A stretch of 64,000 nucleotides of DNA from positions 4,960,001 to 5,024,000 of the forward strand of contig CBDFKD010000002.1 of assembly GCA_965248695.1 (NCBI GenBank), in the 5' to 3' direction. The notes under the pieces are model-generated. The model made no database searches. It was not told the origin of the DNA and was given only the letters and a program-made list of their open reading frames with translations. The position numbers were made by a program, and so were the translations under genes. Shown piece by piece: positions 1-8,278 of this stretch (the first letter of the stretch is position 1; the number at the start of each line of letters is the position of its first letter). This DNA is from Acidobacteriota bacterium. GTDB lineage: Bacteria > Acidobacteriota > UBA890 > WLXD01.

Positions 1-274
1 CGGGGATCCGGACTCGGCGCGCCATGATTCGTTCGTCGAGGGCATACTCGACCACCCTCACTATACGCGTCCGGCCGAGTATCGCGGCTTGCGGGTACCC
101 GATGTGTTGCGGTCTGGGGATCACGCCGCGGTGCGTCGCTGGAGACGGCAAGAGGCACTGTGCAACACGGCGCTGAAACGCCCGGATCTACTCGAAGGCA
201 TGGAGCTCGATGCTGCGGATCGGCGCTTCCTCGACGACCTCCGTAAGGGCGGTGAGGGCGACCGCGAGAAGTAG
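1..274 (+). CDS. trmD: tRNA (guanine-N1)-methyltransferase, 3' part (truncated by window edge)
   Basis: Frame reads [41 protein letters not shown], the TrmD C-terminal signature; lies upstream of rplS. Confidence 0.95.
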   Translation, partial: GDPDSARHDSFVEGILDHPHYTRPAEYRGLRVPDVLRSGDHAAVRRWRRQEALCNTALKRPDLLEGMELDAADRRFLDDLRKGGEGDREK

Positions 275-284
275 CCTACTGCGG

Positions 285-290
285 TACAAT
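285..290 (+). promoter_or_regulatory. Putative sigma70 -10 box (TACAAT) upstream of rplS
   Basis: TACAAT in the trmD-rplS gap; AGGAG RBS at 341-345. Confidence 0.45.
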
Positions 291-354
291 ACCGCCCGAC
301 GCGCCGGCCAGCTGCGGCCCTCATCTCGACCGACCGGCGCAGGAGTGAATGACC

Positions 355-708
355 ATGACAATGGAACTACTGAACGCCGTCGACGCTCCCCACATGCGCG
401 ACGACCGGCCGGATTTTTCCGCTGGCGACACGGTCAAGGTGCACCTTCGCGTCATCGAGGGGAACAAGCAGCGGATCCAGGTATTCGAAGGCGTGGTGAT
501 CGGCCGGCGCGGAAGTCGCACGAACGCCAGCTTCACCGTTCGCAAGATCTCCTCGGGCATCGGTGTAGAGCGCATCTTCCCGCTGCACTCGCCGAACGTC
601 GAGAAGATCGAAGTGGTCCGGCTGGGCAAGGTGCGACGCGCCAAGCTCTACTACCTTCGCGAATTGCGTGGCAAGGCTGCTCGGATCAAGGAAAAGCGCG
701 CCCGCTGA
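355..708 (+). CDS. rplS: 50S ribosomal protein L19
   Basis: [42 protein letters not shown] motifs; start could be 349, 355 or 361. Confidence 0.98.
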   Translation: MTMELLNAVDAPHMRDDRPDFSAGDTVKVHLRVIEGNKQRIQVFEGVVIGRRGSRTNASFTVRKISSGIGVERIFPLHSPNVEKIEVVRLGKVRRAKLYYLRELRGKAARIKEKRAR

Positions 709-733
709 GCCCGCACCGCCGCAACCTGTGGCG

Positions 734-1333
734 ATGGAGCCATTCGAGGCGGAGCTGCGCCGCGGCGGGGCGAAACACGTTGCCGGTATCGATGAGGTCG
801 GGCGTGGTGCGCTGTTCGGACCGGTGCTCGCAGCCGCCGTCGTTCTCGACTCCGACGCTCCGGTCGTCGGGCTCAATGACTCCAAGCAGCTGAGCGCCGT
901 TCAGCGGCTCGAGCTGTTCTTGCAGCTACAGGAACACGCCGTCGACTGGGCAGTAGGTCTGGCGTCGGCCCCGGAGATCGATCGCATCAACATTCTGCGC
1001 GCCTCGCGGCTCGCCATGGTGAGGGCCGTTCGGGGTTTGCGAACCTGCCCCGATCACTTGCTCATCGACGCCCTCGAGCTGGACGAGCTCGACATCCCAC
1101 AAACGCCGATCATCAAGGGCGACGCACGCTGCCGGTCGATCGCGGCAGCCTCGATCATCGCCAAGTGTGTTCGAGACGCCCTGATCCGGCAATATGGCAG
1201 GACCATTCGGGGCTACGGCCTGAGCCGCAACATGGGCTACGCGACTGCCGAGCATCGGGAAGCGATCATGAGCCGCGGGTTTTCGGAGATCCACAGACGG
1301 ACGTTCCGTGTCCAGGGGACCCTGCCCTTCTAG
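734..1333 (+). CDS. rnhB: Ribonuclease HII
   Basis: AGIDEVGRGALFGPV, LNDSKQL, IIKGD, SIAAASIIAK. Confidence 0.96.
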   Translation: MEPFEAELRRGGAKHVAGIDEVGRGALFGPVLAAAVVLDSDAPVVGLNDSKQLSAVQRLELFLQLQEHAVDWAVGLASAPEIDRINILRASRLAMVRAVRGLRTCPDHLLIDALELDELDIPQTPIIKGDARCRSIAAASIIAKCVRDALIRQYGRTIRGYGLSRNMGYATAEHREAIMSRGFSEIHRRTFRVQGTLPF

Positions 1334-1455
1334 CAGGACGCACAACCGCGGCGGGTCCGGGTACTGGCAGCTATGCGTGAGAGCAGGGAGCGACGACAGG
1401 GCGATGACGAGACACGGGCGGCAACAACCGTGCTAGGCGCGGCGAGGACGACAGC

Positions 1456-3468
1456 TTGCTGAATACCATGAGGGCGCGCGTCGCGGAGGCGATCCGGAAG
1501 GCGGTGGTGGATGTCTCCGGCGCGGATACCGACCTACCCCACGTCGAGGATCCGCCACGGCCCGAGATGGGTGATCTCGCGTGCGCCGTTGCGCTGCAAC
1601 TGTCCAAGACGCTGGGACGCAACCCGCGTGAGGTGGCGCAGCAGCTCATCGATCGGCTTGACGACGCTGCGGTCCCCGGCGTGTCGTCGTGGAGCATTGC
1701 CGGCCCCGGATTCCTGAACGCCCATCTCGATCGCGGACCGGCCTTGCTGACGCTTGTCGACGGCCTCGGCGCCGAGCAGCCGGAGGCGCGCAGCGAGAAG
1801 ATCTTGATCGAGCACACCAGCGTCAACCCGAACAAGGCGGCGCACGTCGGACACCTGCGGAACGCCTGCATGGGCGACACGCTCGCCCGGATCCATGCGG
1901 CCGTAGGGCACCCTGTCGAGATCCACAACTACATCGACGACACCGGCGTCCAGGTCGCCGATGTCGTCATCGGTTTCCTCGACCTCCGCGGCCTGTCGCC
2001 CGACGAGGTCCGGGAGCTCCCCGAGCCGTTCGACTACCTCTGCTGGGACCTCTATACCGACGTCAGCACACGTCTGCAGAGCGACGAGGCGCTGACTGAA
2101 CGGCGCCGTGAAGTGCTGCTGGCGCTCGAGGAAGGAGACACCGTCGAGGCCGAGATGGGACGTGTGGTCGCCGAGCGGATCGTCACGCGCCATCTGTTGA
2201 CGATGGGCCGCATGGGGATCGAGTACGACCTGCTGGTGAGCGAGGGAGACATCCTGGATCTCGATCTGTGGTCTGAGGCGTTCGAGCGTCTCAAGTCCAG
2301 CCCGCAGGTTACCTACGTGGAGGACGGCAAGCACACCGGTTGCTGGGTGTTGCGACTGAGCTCGACGGAAGGCTTCGAGCAGCTCGAGGAGGCCGACAAG
2401 GTGCTCGTCCGGTCCAACGGCACGGCGACCTACGTGGCCAAGGATATCGCCCACCACTTCTGGAAATACGGGCTCCTGGAACGCGATTTCCGCTACGAGA
2501 TCGTGCCCGGGAGCGCCACCAAGAGCGACGGCACGCGCGTCTGGCGAACGACGTCGGGGGACGGCTCGGAGGGACCCTTCGGTCACGCTGGCCGGGCCAT
2601 CTCGGTGATCGATGTCCGGCAGTCGTACTTGCAGTCGATCGTCGAGCAAGCGTTTTACCTGATCGGCGAGGATGACGCTGGTGCCAGCTTTACGCATTTC
2701 GACTACGAGATGGTGGCTCTTTCACCGGCAACCGCCAGAGCGCTCGGCATCCCGACCGACGCCGCTAGCGCAGAGACGGATTCCGAGGAGCGGCAGTTCG
2801 TGGAGATGTCCGGTCGTCGCGGATACGGCGTCAAGGCGGACGACCTCCTGGATGAGCTGATTCGCCGGGCCACCGCCGAGGTAGCGAGCCGCAACGAGCA
2901 ACTGGCGCCAGACGTTCAGGTGGCGATCGGTACACAGATCGCCGTCGGCGCGGCCCGCTATCTGCTGCTCCGGTACGCGCGCAACACGGTCATCGTCTTC
3001 GACCTGGACGACGCACTCAGCTTCGAGGGCGAGACCGGACCGTATATCCAGTACGCCGCGGTGCGGGCGGCACGGATCTTCGACAGGCTTTCGGAGCGTC
3101 TCGACACGGACGTATCCACCGCGTTGGAGGCGGCACTGCGTGGCGACGAGAGCCCGATGAGCTTCGACCGCGCGGCGATGAGCGCGCGGCTACAGGCAGA
3201 CGACGGACAGCTCTGGAGTCTGGTCCTGGCGCTGGGCCGGTACGAGGAGGTTCTGAGCCAGACAATCAGCTCGCTCGAGATCTCGACCCTGGCACGCTAC
3301 GCCTTTACCCTGGCGCAGCATTTCAGCCGTTTCTACCACGGATATCCCATTCTGCAGGCGGACAACGAGGAGGATCGCGCCCTGCGAATCCTCGTCGCCT
3401 ACGCTTTTCAGAAGCGACTGGCGACGCTGCTGGACCTGCTCGGGATACCGTTACCCGAACGCATGTAG
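1456..3468 (+). CDS. argS: Arginine-tRNA ligase
   Basis: EHTSVNPNKAAHVGHLRN (HIGH region), MSGRRG, FEGETGPYIQY, C-terminal ERM. Confidence 0.96.
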   Translation: MLNTMRARVAEAIRKAVVDVSGADTDLPHVEDPPRPEMGDLACAVALQLSKTLGRNPREVAQQLIDRLDDAAVPGVSSWSIAGPGFLNAHLDRGPALLTLVDGLGAEQPEARSEKILIEHTSVNPNKAAHVGHLRNACMGDTLARIHAAVGHPVEIHNYIDDTGVQVADVVIGFLDLRGLSPDEVRELPEPFDYLCWDLYTDVSTRLQSDEALTERRREVLLALEEGDTVEAEMGRVVAERIVTRHLLTMGRMGIEYDLLVSEGDILDLDLWSEAFERLKSSPQVTYVEDGKHTGCWVLRLSSTEGFEQLEEADKVLVRSNGTATYVAKDIAHHFWKYGLLERDFRYEIVPGSATKSDGTRVWRTTSGDGSEGPFGHAGRAISVIDVRQSYLQSIVEQAFYLIGEDDAGASFTHFDYEMVALSPATARALGIPTDAASAETDSEERQFVEMSGRRGYGVKADDLLDELIRRATAEVASRNEQLAPDVQVAIGTQIAVGAARYLLLRYARNTVIVFDLDDALSFEGETGPYIQYAAVRAARIFDRLSERLDTDVSTALEAALRGDESPMSFDRAAMSARLQADDGQLWSLVLALGRYEEVLSQTISSLEISTLARYAFTLAQHFSRFYHGYPILQADNEEDRALRILVAYAFQKRLATLLDLLGIPLPERM

Positions 3469-3569
3469 GGCGCGTTCTTGCCGCTTGCCGACATACCGGA
3501 GCGGTCCGCCGGCCGGACGCCGTTAGCAGGCTCGGGCATCGTTGTGCCTCCGGAGCGGCCCCTGCTAGC

Positions 3570-5441
3570 ATGAAACACCTCCCGCCAACCCGATCTCCGA
3601 GCGTCATGATCCCAGTGCGTCTTCTCAGCACCTGCGTCGCAGCTCTTGCGATGGCCGCCGCCGGCGGCACGGCGCTGGCAGCGGTGTCGCAAGCACAGGC
3701 CCTGACGGAAGCGACCACAGAGCTGATGGGCGTCTCCGAGTTGCGTGTGGGCATGGTTGGAACCGGGTACACGGTGGTGCGCGGCACCGACCCGGAGAGC
3801 TTCAACGCCGAGATCCTGGGCGTGCTGCACGACGTTTTCCCGAAGCGCGACCTGATCGTTGCCCGCCTCACCGGTCTCGGTCTGGAGCGCGCCGGCGTCG
3901 TGGCCGGCATGAGCGGCAGCCCGGTCTATGTTGACGGCCGCCTGATCGGCGCCGTGGCGTATCGGTTGGTGAACTTCGGGCACGAGGCGGTTGCCGGCAT
4001 CGTTCCGATCGGGGACATGCTGGCGGTATCGGCGCTCGAATCCGATGCCCAACGGACGTCGGATTCGGCGGATGTCTCACCGGAGATCGTCTTGCGGGCC
4101 GCGGCCGAGCTGCTGACCGGCGCCAGCAGCGCCGAGGCGTTGTTGCCGCTGCAGGGTGTCATGCAGGGCATACGACCGATCTCGACCCCGGTTGCGATCG
4201 GCGGCCTGGCACCGGCGCTCGTCGGCAGCATGCGGCCCCTGTTCGATGCTCTTGGCTGGGCCCCGACGATCGGTGGAACCGCCGGGTCGAGGGAGATCGA
4301 CGCCAACCTCGAACCGGGCGGCGTAGTGGCCGTCCAGCTGGTGCGCGGCGACATCAACATCACCGCCTCCGGGACGATCACGTACCGCGACGGCGATCGC
4401 CTGCTGGCCTTCGGCCACCCGTTCCTGCAGGGCGGCAGCGTGGATTTTCCGATGGTCCCGGCCGAGGTCATCACCGTGCTCAGCAGTGCTCAGGCTTCCT
4501 CGAAGCTGACCGCAGCCGCGGATCAGGTCGTCGGAGCAGTGCGGCAGGATCGTCAGGCGGCCATCCTCGGGATCATCGGCGAACGATCGCGAATGATCCC
4601 GGTGCACACGACAATCCGAGAGGGCGACAAGACGGAGGATCTCGATTTCGAGATCGTCGCCGACCGACTCATCACGCCGCTTTACCTGTTCTTCGGTCTG
4701 GTCAGCGGGGTGCAGAGCCTTGACCGTACCTTCGGTGAAGGGTCCATAGAGGTCGATGCCCGCATCGACGTTGGTGGTGGGCTCGAGCCGGTGCAGTTCG
4801 ACAACCTGTTCTCCTCGCCCAACCAGGCGATCATCTCGCTGGCATCGACCCTGGCAGGTGTGTTCGGAGCGCTGTACGACAACGCCTTCGAGCCAGTCGA
4901 GGTGCGCGCGATCGATCTCAACATCGGTCTGAGACAGGATCGCAAGAGCGCCACCATCGGTCGGGTCTGGTATGACCGCGCCACCGTACGCCCGGGGGAG
5001 ACGGTGACGGTTAGCGTGGCGCTGAAGCCTTTCCGCGAGCCGGAAGTGCTGGAGCACATCGAGTTCACGGTGCCTGCCGGCACGCCTGCGGGCCCCATCA
5101 CGCTGGTCGTCGGCGATGCGGCGTCGATCGACCAACAAGAGGCGAGCGGAATCCGTGGCACGAACCAGCCCCGTAGCCTCGCCCACGTGCTACGCCTCTT
5201 GAACAAGATGCGGCGCAGCGATCGCCTGTACCTGCAAGCGACGCGCTCGGCTGCCGGTGCGCTGGTCAACGGCGAGGCGATGCCGGCGTTGCCGCCCTCG
5301 GTGCTGCAGGTGTTGACCTCCGAACAGGCTAGAGGAGACGTCGTCCGACTCGATCGCGCGGTGATCCTCGAGACCGTACGGCCGGTCGACTACGTGGTCA
5401 GTGGCTCCCACAAGATCGAGCTTCAGGTGCGGAACCACTAG
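3570..5441 (+). CDS. Exported SpoIVB-like peptidase S55 domain protein
   Basis: Hydrophobic N-terminal signal, GVVAGMSGSPVYVDGRLIGAV catalytic Ser motif, AFGHPF; start may be 3606. Confidence 0.85.
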   Translation: MKHLPPTRSPSVMIPVRLLSTCVAALAMAAAGGTALAAVSQAQALTEATTELMGVSELRVGMVGTGYTVVRGTDPESFNAEILGVLHDVFPKRDLIVARLTGLGLERAGVVAGMSGSPVYVDGRLIGAVAYRLVNFGHEAVAGIVPIGDMLAVSALESDAQRTSDSADVSPEIVLRAAAELLTGASSAEALLPLQGVMQGIRPISTPVAIGGLAPALVGSMRPLFDALGWAPTIGGTAGSREIDANLEPGGVVAVQLVRGDINITASGTITYRDGDRLLAFGHPFLQGGSVDFPMVPAEVITVLSSAQASSKLTAAADQVVGAVRQDRQAAILGIIGERSRMIPVHTTIREGDKTEDLDFEIVADRLITPLYLFFGLVSGVQSLDRTFGEGSIEVDARIDVGGGLEPVQFDNLFSSPNQAIISLASTLAGVFGALYDNAFEPVEVRAIDLNIGLRQDRKSATIGRVWYDRATVRPGETVTVSVALKPFREPEVLEHIEFTVPAGTPAGPITLVVGDAASIDQQEASGIRGTNQPRSLAHVLRLLNKMRRSDRLYLQATRSAAGALVNGEAMPALPPSVLQVLTSEQARGDVVRLDRAVILETVRPVDYVVSGSHKIELQVRNH

Positions 5442-5492
5442 ACCGACAACGTGGCGCTCGGCGCGACGTGACCCGGTCAGAAGGGAGGAAGC

Positions 5493-7712
5493 TTGCTGTA
5501 TAGCAGGATTGTTGCCGGGGTTATTTTGGCCACGCTGGTTGCTGGCATGGGTTTCGGTAGCGGCCCGGTCGTCTGGGTGCAGGCCGGTGCGCTGGACTTC
5601 GCGGCGGGCGAACCCCTAGGGGTCTCCATCGCTGCCGACGGCGCACTGCACCTGGCGCCGGCGATCGACACCGTGTTCGAGGCCGACACGCCGCGTATAT
5701 GGGGCGTCGCGACCGATGGCGCTGGCACCGTGTTCGTCGCCGCCGGAGAGGACGGTACAGTGACGAGGGTGGCGCCGGGCGCCGAGCCCGAGGTGTTCTT
5801 CTCGGTCCCTGACGAGGGTAGCGTCCAGTCGATCGCGTGGGCTCCCGACGGCAGCCTTTTCGTTGCCGCCGGGCCCGCCGGAGCGATCTATCGGGTGCCC
5901 GACGCTCACACCGGCGGAGATCTCGAAGCCTGGGCCGAGCTCGGCGTAGCGTACGTCTGGGACCTGGCGGTGGACACGCAGGGTCGTCTGATCGCCGCCA
6001 CCGGCGGCGACGCGGCGATCGTTCGCATTGACGACGGTCAGGTGGAACGGCTCTACGAGACCGCCGAGCCCAACGTCACGGCGGTTGCGGTTGACGAGGC
6101 CGGTATCGTCGCCGGCACCGACGGGAACGGCTACCTCTATCGAATCTCCGAGTCCGGCGAGGTCTTCGTCCTCTACGACGCGCCGCTGGCCGAGATCACC
6201 GACGTGTTGCTCACCGATGGAGCGGTCTGGGCCGGCGCATTCGAACCGGCCAGCGGCAACGGCAACGGCAGTACGGCTAGCGAGGCGCCCGCTGGTGGCC
6301 GCGTATCGTTTTCCGTCAGCGCTGAAACGCCGTCGAAGGCATCGGGTGCGGTGTATCGCATTGACGCCGGCGGTTTCGTGGAGACCGTCTGGCAGAGCTC
6401 TGCCGAGGGCGTTTACTCGCTGGCGCTCGCCGATACTCGTGTGCTCGCGGGCACTGGCCCCGGAGGACACGTCTATGACGTCGGCGTTGAAGGGCAAGCG
6501 TCCCTGTTGAGTCGGCTCGACGCCGAGCAGGTGGTCGCGCTGGTTTCGGCGGGTGCTTCCGGCACCCTGGTGGCGACTAGCAATATTGGCCGAGTACATC
6601 GACTGGGTACATCGTTTCGTGCCCAGGGGGAGTACCTGTCGGAGGTAAAGGACACGGGCGCCACGTCCACATGGGGAACACTCCGCTTCCGTGCGGAGGT
6701 GCCGGATGGCACCGCCGTGCGGCTCCACACTCGCAGTGGCAACACCGGCACGCCGGACGATACTTGGAGCGCCTGGTCACGGCCCCGAGGCGACGCAGAT
6801 GGAAGCCAGGTAGCCTCGCCCCCCGCCCGGTTCGTGCAGTGGCGCGCCGAGCTCGTAACTGCCGACGGCAGCCGCACGCCGACATTGCACCGCGTCGAGA
6901 TGGCCTACGTGCCGGGCAATCTTGCGCCCCGGCTCACGGCACTTCGGGTGCATCCGGCCGGGGTGATCTACCGACAGAATTCCGCCTTCGAGGACGGCCT
7001 GCCGTTTGCGCAGATCCCGCCGTCGGTGGCCGAGTTGCTGCGCGCCATGGACTCCTCGGGTACGGCCAGCGCCGGCCGAGTGTTTCTCGGACGCCCGTTC
7101 TACATGCCCGGTCTGCGAACCTTCACCTGGGAAGCGACCGACCCCAACGGCGACGGGCTGGTGTACGCGCTCGAGTTTCGCGGTGAAGAGGAACCGAACT
7201 GGAAACCGCTCGTTCAGCAGCTGGATAGGACGCAATTCACCTTCGATACGGCACGACTGGCGGACGGCAGATACGTGGTGCGTGTGTCAGCCAGCGATCA
7301 ACCGTCGAATCCTGAACAGCGGGCCAGATCGATCAGCGCAACGTCACGAGCCTTCACGGTCGACAACACGGCTCCCGTGCTGGGCGCCCTGACAGCGGAG
7401 GTCCGAGGCGACGAGCTGCGCGTGCTCGGGGACGTGCACGATGGTACGTCGCTTGTTCGACAGCTCCGGTACTCTGTTGACGGCGCTATTTGGCATACAG
7501 TATTGGCCGCCGATGGTGCGGCGGATTCTGCGACCGAAGCGATTGATTTCAGGGTCGGAGGGCTCGCACCCGGAAACCACACGGTGGTGGTACAGGTTAT
7601 CGACACGGCGTTGAATCGCAGCGCCGGCAAGATTCAGGTAGCAATAGGCGACGCAGGCAGCGCTGGGCGCTATCCGACGGAGACCGCGGGCGAATGGCGG
7701 GTGCGGAAATGA
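5493..7712 (+). CDS. Exported beta-propeller protein with C-terminal Ig/FN3-like domains, function unknown
   Basis: AGGGAGG RBS, signal peptide, repeated blade-like segments, RSGNT..PD..WS.W and PPARFVQW motifs. Confidence 0.75.
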   Translation: MLYSRIVAGVILATLVAGMGFGSGPVVWVQAGALDFAAGEPLGVSIAADGALHLAPAIDTVFEADTPRIWGVATDGAGTVFVAAGEDGTVTRVAPGAEPEVFFSVPDEGSVQSIAWAPDGSLFVAAGPAGAIYRVPDAHTGGDLEAWAELGVAYVWDLAVDTQGRLIAATGGDAAIVRIDDGQVERLYETAEPNVTAVAVDEAGIVAGTDGNGYLYRISESGEVFVLYDAPLAEITDVLLTDGAVWAGAFEPASGNGNGSTASEAPAGGRVSFSVSAETPSKASGAVYRIDAGGFVETVWQSSAEGVYSLALADTRVLAGTGPGGHVYDVGVEGQASLLSRLDAEQVVALVSAGASGTLVATSNIGRVHRLGTSFRAQGEYLSEVKDTGATSTWGTLRFRAEVPDGTAVRLHTRSGNTGTPDDTWSAWSRPRGDADGSQVASPPARFVQWRAELVTADGSRTPTLHRVEMAYVPGNLAPRLTALRVHPAGVIYRQNSAFEDGLPFAQIPPSVAELLRAMDSSGTASAGRVFLGRPFYMPGLRTFTWEATDPNGDGLVYALEFRGEEEPNWKPLVQQLDRTQFTFDTARLADGRYVVRVSASDQPSNPEQRARSISATSRAFTVDNTAPVLGALTAEVRGDELRVLGDVHDGTSLVRQLRYSVDGAIWHTVLAADGAADSATEAIDFRVGGLAPGNHTVVVQVIDTALNRSAGKIQVAIGDAGSAGRYPTETAGEWRVRK

Positions 7713-8134
7713 ATGTGACGGTCCGATGCGGCAGTCGGCGCGAATGGATTGATCCGCTGCAGGCGTTTTCCGAGCACATCTTCACCATGGCAGGATTCGA
7801 CGAGGAGCAGGCGTACTGGCCGGTCCTGGCAGTGCGGGAGGCGATCATGAACGCCGTCCTGCACGGTAACAAGGAGCGTCCGGACACCGCCGTAACCGTC
7901 GACTATCAGCTCGATGACGGACGCATCGCGATCTCGGTATGTGATCAGGGCGAGGGCTTTGACCCGGGCGAGCTGAGCGATCCGCTGTCGGCCGAGAACC
8001 TGCTCAGCGAGGGGGGCCGCGGCGTCTACCTCATGCGGCAGTTCATGGATGAGGTGAACTTCTCGTTCCCCGACGCCGGCGGCACCTGCATCTCGCTGGT
8101 CAAGCGGCTGGGCGCCGAGGGTGACGACGACTGA
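7709..8134 (+). CDS. Anti-sigma factor / RsbW-like Ser/Thr kinase (HATPase_c)
   Basis: AVREAIMNAVLHGN, DQGEGFDP, GGRGVYLMRQFMDEV; ATGA overlap with upstream stop. Confidence 0.88.
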   Translation: MNVTVRCGSRREWIDPLQAFSEHIFTMAGFDEEQAYWPVLAVREAIMNAVLHGNKERPDTAVTVDYQLDDGRIAISVCDQGEGFDPGELSDPLSAENLLSEGGRGVYLMRQFMDEVNFSFPDAGGTCISLVKRLGAEGDDD

Positions 8135-8146
8135 TCGTCGTCGGCC

Positions 8147-8278
8147 GGCGGCGAAATCGGGCCGCCTGCGGCGTTGCTCCTCCTCGCAGATGCACCAACA
8201 TCAACTCGTCGGAGCGCCTTGCATCCGACCCCATTTCGCCACCACGGCACTATCGATTCATCTGTTACAGGCCACTAG
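8147..8278 (+). mobile_element. Half copy (module B plus right end) of CTAG-bounded MITE-like repeat
   Basis: Aligns by eye to the 3' half of 12453-12729 and to 61242-61372 reverse-complemented; ends CTGTTACAGGCCACTAG. Confidence 0.9.
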
